Shown here in pieces: positions 58,400-64,000 of a stretch of DNA of 64,000 nucleotides. Both the position numbers and the translations under genes were made by a program. The notes beneath the pieces were generated by a model that saw only the letters and a list, made by a program, of their open reading frames with translations, had not been told where the DNA came from and did no database searches. Positions within the stretch are counted from its first letter, which is position 1. The number at the start of each line of letters is the position of its first letter. Where the stretch lies: positions 158,596,001 to 158,660,000 of the forward strand of contig NC_042998.1 of the NCBI RefSeq assembly GCF_006345805.1, given 5' to 3'. The DNA comes from Octopus sinensis. Its lineage: Eukaryota.

Positions 58400-58545
58400 A
58401 CAAATTGAAAAGTAAAAAAACAAAAACCATCTACTGCGTCACATGCCCAGAATGCAATGAGAATTACATTGAAGGAAAATTGACAAAAGCAAGCTGTCGC
58501 ATAAGCGTGCATAAACAACAAGTTAGAATCCATCTCATAGAAATG
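58400..58545 (+). pseudogene. Second Penelope-like GIY-YIG fragment
   Basis: KTIYCVTCPECNENYIEGKLTKASCRISVHKQQV, alignable by eye to the 52667 ORF. Confidence 0.75.
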
Positions 58546-58872
58546 TTCACTATAGTAATAATAATATGGCATGGGTTTAGGGATATCTGGGTATTGTTTC
58601 TAGCGGGGCTAGTGACCACGTGAAATATAATAACACTGAAGATGAAGAAAAGAAAATTATATTTTTGTTTCAAATCTCCTCTGTAGTCCTTCTGCTAGAG
58701 CGACAACACTGTAGGTGCAGGTAAGGCTGTACTGGCTAAGAAGCTCAGTTCACAATCATATGGCTTTGGAGTCAGTTCCACAGCGTGGAACCTTCGATAA
58801 ATGTCTTCAACTACGGATATCTTGTGATGAATTCGGTTGACGGAAACGGTATGCAAGCTTGTCGGACATACA

Positions 58873-58923
<51 letters not shown>

Positions 58924-58927
58924 TGTT

Positions 58928-59261
58928 TTTTTACTTGCTTCAGTCATTTAACTGCGGCCATGCTGGAACACAGCCTTTAGAACAAATTGAAACCATGAAT
59001 TATTCTTTGTAAGCCTAGTACATATTATATTGGTCTTTTAAGCCGAACCGCAAGGTTACGGGGATGTAAACACACCAGCATCGGATGTCAAGCGATGCTG
59101 GGGGGACAAACACAGTTTCCGTCTACCAAATCCACTCATAAGGCTTTGGTGGGGTCGAGGCTATAGTAAAAGACACTTGCCCAAGGTGCCACATAGTGGG
59201 ACTGAACTCGGAACCATGTGGTTGATAAGCAAGCTACTTACCCCACAGCCGCTCTTGCGCC
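58928..59261 (-). mobile_element. SINE family A
   Basis: Reverse complement of the consensus with the internal microsatellite deleted. Confidence 0.85.
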
Positions 59262-59295
59262 TATATACATATCTATCTATCTATCTATATATATA

Positions 59296-59380
<85 letters not shown>

Positions 59381-60504
59381 ATACACACACATTCACACAC
59401 GAGGATGGAGGATATATCAGGCTTTAATAGTAGAGCACAACTTTTGCTTCTGTACCACACTCCAGCTTTAAGTTGCTGAGTTCATATTCATATACCATTT
59501 TAGAAGATCTTTCCTAATAATTAATATATAATTGAATATTTTTCAACAGCCGTGTGTTGGCGCTTCATCGAATGGAAATCGATCCTCCATCCTTGTGTTA
59601 TATTATTCTTGTTTTAATCTTATGCAAAGGGAAGCTCTGCACGTGTATCCAGCTACTGTAGGATAATATGCCGTAGCCAAATAACGACATAACTCTTTGA
59701 CAGAACTAAGTCGCTGGATCTGCTAGTCGGGTAATATGATAGATGGAGATTCCACAATGGCGTTCTATAGAGGTTTAATGGTGAATAAGAGCGGTGGATG
59801 CCTTGGGATAAATTTAGGTGCCAACGAAAACCAACTGGCAGGCTTTCTCTGGAGGATATTTTGAACGGGGACCATGGGTACATTTCAGGAATCTCTGGCC
59901 AGACAGTGCTACGAGGTGGGTGTGGGTACTTTGCCGTTCAGTATAGATTTTATAGGCATGGTATTGCTGTCAGTTGGGCCTGTTTGAAACGCGTGTTGAA
60001 CGACGAAACTGTCCAGCACTGTCCGAAACTGTTCAGTACAATGCTTGAACATTGCCACATTGTGCAGTTACACCGAACAAAGCGGATCATTATGAAGACT
60101 ACACCACCAACTTCCTTTGGCCGCGAAGGATTGACAGTTTTGGTCGCTATGGTGAAAGTGGTCGTGTGATGGATGCGACTGAAACGATTAAGTAGGAATA
60201 CTTGCCTTTTTGCCCTTGAGAGAATGAGGTGAGAAAGGCTCCAGCAAACGGTCCCCATTTGTTGCCGTAATATTTCTCTTATTTTTTTTATTTACATGTA
60301 AATCCTCATTATCCTGTATAGTCCAGATAATTGTGCAGCTCTTTACGTTCTAAATTCGAATCCCGCCGAATTCGACTTTGTTTTTCATCCTTTTAGGGTT
60401 GATAAGATCTAGTTGGGCACTGAGGTCAAAGTATTCGACTTACCCACTCCTCTAAAATTCACGGCATTTTGCCAAAATTTTAGACCGTTATAATTGTTAT
60501 TGTT

Positions 60505-60548
<44 letters not shown>

Positions 60549-61803
60549 TAGAAATGTAGGGTTAATACGGTTGCAGAATCGTGAGTCTTTGTTCTTTGAC
60601 TGCTCATTTCATTTATTCCAGCTTTGTAACGAAGAACCGATAATGGATAAAATGTAATGGATAAACTCTCGTAATATTTCTGAGACACAGATTTCATTAA
60701 TTGTTACAGCTATTTTATTTCACTTATTGCCTTCAATATACGTTGGTGAGGCATGAATGACACAAATATATATATGCCTCTATTCTTCAAACCACAGCTG
60801 ACGCCGTTCCAGGAGTTGTATTAAACAACCATTCTTTGAAGATTTAGGAAGGAAAATATTAAATGAAAAAGTTTGATGAGATATTGAAATTTTGATTAAG
60901 AAGTTTTAAAATTTTAAAACTTTCTGAAGAAAATTGTAAAATATAATTAATTTTAAGAAATAAAATCAATCTTGAGATATTATATATAAAAGGTGATTTC
61001 CATTCAATCCAGCCGATACAAACTTACACAAGACCATAATGAAACGCTCACCACGAAGCCAATGTATTGAGCAAGTCTAAGAAATACTTTCAGAGAAATT
61101 ATAATGCCAGTCAATAATCAATATATTCCCAGGACGATTTCTTTTCAATTTCTTAATAACTTATCTAGATCTCGGTATTCTTCTAAGCAATTCGCTATCT
61201 TCTTAATTGCAGCGCCGTTCACCAATATGTTTCTTACCTTATGCTCACTAACGGTTCCAATTTTAGTTAGTTATATTGCAGTGACACCAGGGAATGTCTT
61301 AATGTATTTAAGACTTCAATTAGGGATCTAAACTGAACAAGTTTTCTCGTTTCTGTTTCTAACGATGTGGTAAACATCGTTTCAAGACGCATTTACTAGT
61401 CAAGCCACTATGGTATCATAGATGATCAAAGTTCTATACAACAGTATCTTACTGGGTGTCCGAAAGCATCGGAGAAGCAGCATTAATCATGGGTTAACAT
61501 CCTCCCTTTGGACTGTCTTAAACAGAGACAATGAAACGCAAAAGTGTTGTAAACCATTGAATTTTAGAATTAAACAAAATCTTTTTAAGCTATAGGGGAT
61601 GAATAAAAAGCAGCAATATCTATGAAAGGTCTCCATTAAATAGGCGCAGGAGTGGCTGTGTGGTAAGTAGCTCGCTTACCAACCGCATGGTTCTGGGTTC
61701 AGTCCCACGCCGTGGCACCTTGGGCAAGTGTCTTCTATTATAGCATCGAGCCAACCAAAGCCTTCTGAGTGGATTTGATAGACGGAAACTTAAAGACGCC
61801 TGT

Positions 61804-61861
<58 letters not shown>

Positions 61862-61865
<4 letters not shown>

Positions 61866-62429
61866 GAAGGGTGAAATTAATTAATTTGGAATAATTATCA
61901 ATTACACCAAGTAGTCTTCGGCATGTAAAAGCCTCATTCGAGGAAAATTTAAGTAATACTAAGCAATAAGGGTTTAGCAACGAATTGCCTTACCACATAC
62001 CGAATTTAGAAATAGCAGTCAAAGGGTTATAGCTATTTCTTCTACTAAAAAGGGAGATCTCAGTAAAAACAGCAATTGGAAGGCTGACACAAACAGGTAA
62101 GAGAGAATGAATTAACTGCAATCTATCAAACATTTTTAAAGTTATCTACGGACGTACGTTTCGAAATCAAGTTTTTAGGAAAGCATAAGAATTAAATATT
62201 AAATATTAAATAATTCTATCTTACCGAAACTTCTTTTCTCTTCAGCGTAGAATACTATAATCAAAAATGATTATATATTGAATTTTGAGATACTAGGAGG
62301 CACCAACTCAACTCAGTATCAGAGCGAGCTAGAATCCGCAACTAGTATCACCGAATTCAAATTTGTGAATGAAACGATTGTGTCAACAGCCCCTTCCCAC
62401 CCGCGTGTAGCCAAAACAAGATGCTGTGG

Positions 62430-62432
<3 letters not shown>
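61862..62432 (-). mobile_element. Hammerhead-bearing non-coding element inserted in the microsatellite of a SINE
   Basis: (TA)n on both sides; lies between the 5' half (61643-61804) and 3' half (62480-62712) of a family A SINE. Confidence 0.6.
62145..62251 (-). ncRNA. Type I hammerhead ribozyme with long stem II
   Basis: Minus strand UCUACG-CUGAAGA-GAAAAGAAGUUU...AAACUUGAUUUC-GAAAC GUAC GUC-CGUAGA: perfect 6-bp stem I, G-C closing pair, palindrome ACGUACGU, GUC triplet. Confidence 0.85.
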
Positions 62433-62478
<46 letters not shown>

Positions 62479-64000
62479 AGTGTGTGTGCGTGTGTGTATG
62501 TGTGTGTGTGTGTCTGTGTTTGTCCCCCCAACATCGCTTGACAACCGATGGTAGTGTGTTTACCTCCCCGTCAGGTAGCGGTTCAGCAAGAGAGACCGAT
62601 AGAATAAGATCTAGGCCTACAAAGAATAAGTCCGGGAGTTGATTTGCTCGACTAAAAGCAGTGCTTCAGCATGGCCACAGTCAAATGACTGAAACAAATA
62701 AAAGAATAAAAGAATATTAAATATCAAGAGTATTTACAGTATTCTACTCGAGTATATTTCTTAATGAAAGCTAGAAATTTGTTTTTTGTCCCTCTTTTTA
62801 CGAAGCACCATTGTTTTTATTATTTTCCTTTCCCTTCATCTCTTTCTTTTCCGTTGTTTTTCTCTCTTTCTCAATCTCTCTCTCACACAGATATCGTGCA
62901 CATATACATATATATTTCTCCGTGTGTGAGTGTCTGTGTGTGTGGTGTGTGTGTCTGTGTCTGTGTGTGCATGCGTGCGCGTGCGTGTTTGTGTATACAT
63001 ATATACATAAATTTTGGTTATGGCAAACCTAACCTGAAGATCCGGTGCACCCACAGGTGCAACCCAGAGTAGCGAGAGACTGAATCACCAGAATATTAAC
63101 ATATTGTTATCGAACAGAACTAACTGTATCGCCCGAAATGAAATTTCGTTCTAAACGTGATATATTTTTCTTAAAACTTATTGTGATTAGGGATTCTAAC
63201 ATCACTGACGTAACAAATTCTATGAGATCAAGAACACGAAAAAACCTGAAGCATAAAATACATAAGAAATTATGATAAAACTTTTTTATATACAACATTA
63301 TGAGCTTTTCTCCGAGACATTACAACCGAATCTGATTTTCCCGGTGCCTCAATTCTATATATGTGCATATATTTACTCGACTGCTGACATTTATCAATGG
63401 TTTCTCCCATTGTGTTGATGTGCCATTTTCTATCAATAATAAAGCTGATGGCATCTTTGACGCACGGATATGCTAGTATTATAGTAAACGTCATAAACGC
63501 CATTACAAGCGAAATAATTAAATTGCGTTGCTGTTTAGGCAATGTTTCAACGTAAGTAATTTAAGTAATTCTTTAAATTGTATTTTAAAAACACTATATA
63601 TATGTGGCAGTTCATTTTGCAAGCACCTGTGGCAGACACATACATATACACATATGCACATTCATACATGCGCATATATACACAAAAGTTATTAATGCAT
63701 GTCAACAGATGCACATATGTATATATACACACATACGCACACATAAACACGCGCCCACACATATTAAAGAGTATATCAATAAAAACTTTCGAAACCTTTT
63801 TGTGTGTGGATCAGAAGGAAATTCATGGCGGCTTGTACTTGCATAAAAGGCGATAACAACTCATTTCTTTTAAACTATTACTGATGGCAGAAACGAGCAA
63901 CTCTGAGTACTGGAAATCGGAAATTTTCAGCTATAATGTATTAAGCTATACTCCACATGTGTATTGAATCCTACCATTTATCGCTTCTAGTGTCCTAGTG

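Larger units (their letters stand above)
61643..62712 (+). mobile_element. SINE family A split by an insertion (halves 61643-61804 and 62480-62712)
   Basis: 5' and 3' halves are collinear and on the same strand. Confidence 0.75.

Noticed and set aside
63270-63542. 90-aa minus ORF with an N-terminal hydrophobic stretch
   Set aside because: TTG start, in-frame stop just upstream, weak splice signals, no recognisable family.

Overview
Eukaryotic, AT-rich, microsatellite-dense DNA; the SINE repertoire and repeat texture point to an octopus (inference). The only host coding sequence I can support is the last two exons of a photoreceptor-cell-specific nuclear receptor gene (NR2E3/PNR, + strand, 35272-35377 and 41863-41995). 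I found no earlier exon, so 1-35271 is probably one very long intron. The rest is transposon landscape: three tRNA-SINE families, a mariner, a full-length DD41D Tc1/mariner, tandem non-autonomous Helitrons, an R4/Dong LINE 3' end, Penelope-like (GIY-YIG) fragments and MITEs. Nearly all ORFs in the track are microsatellite translations. The main unannotated signal is a set of six clear and one decayed type I hammerhead ribozyme motifs (CUGANGA...GAAAC-palindrome-GUH) inside small (TA)n-embedded elements. They include a 348-nt unit with a perfect 107-nt terminal repeat (retrozyme-like), an older 347-nt relative, and two fold-back elements that carry an antisense copy of their own ribozyme. Folding was done by eye; ribozyme activity is untested.
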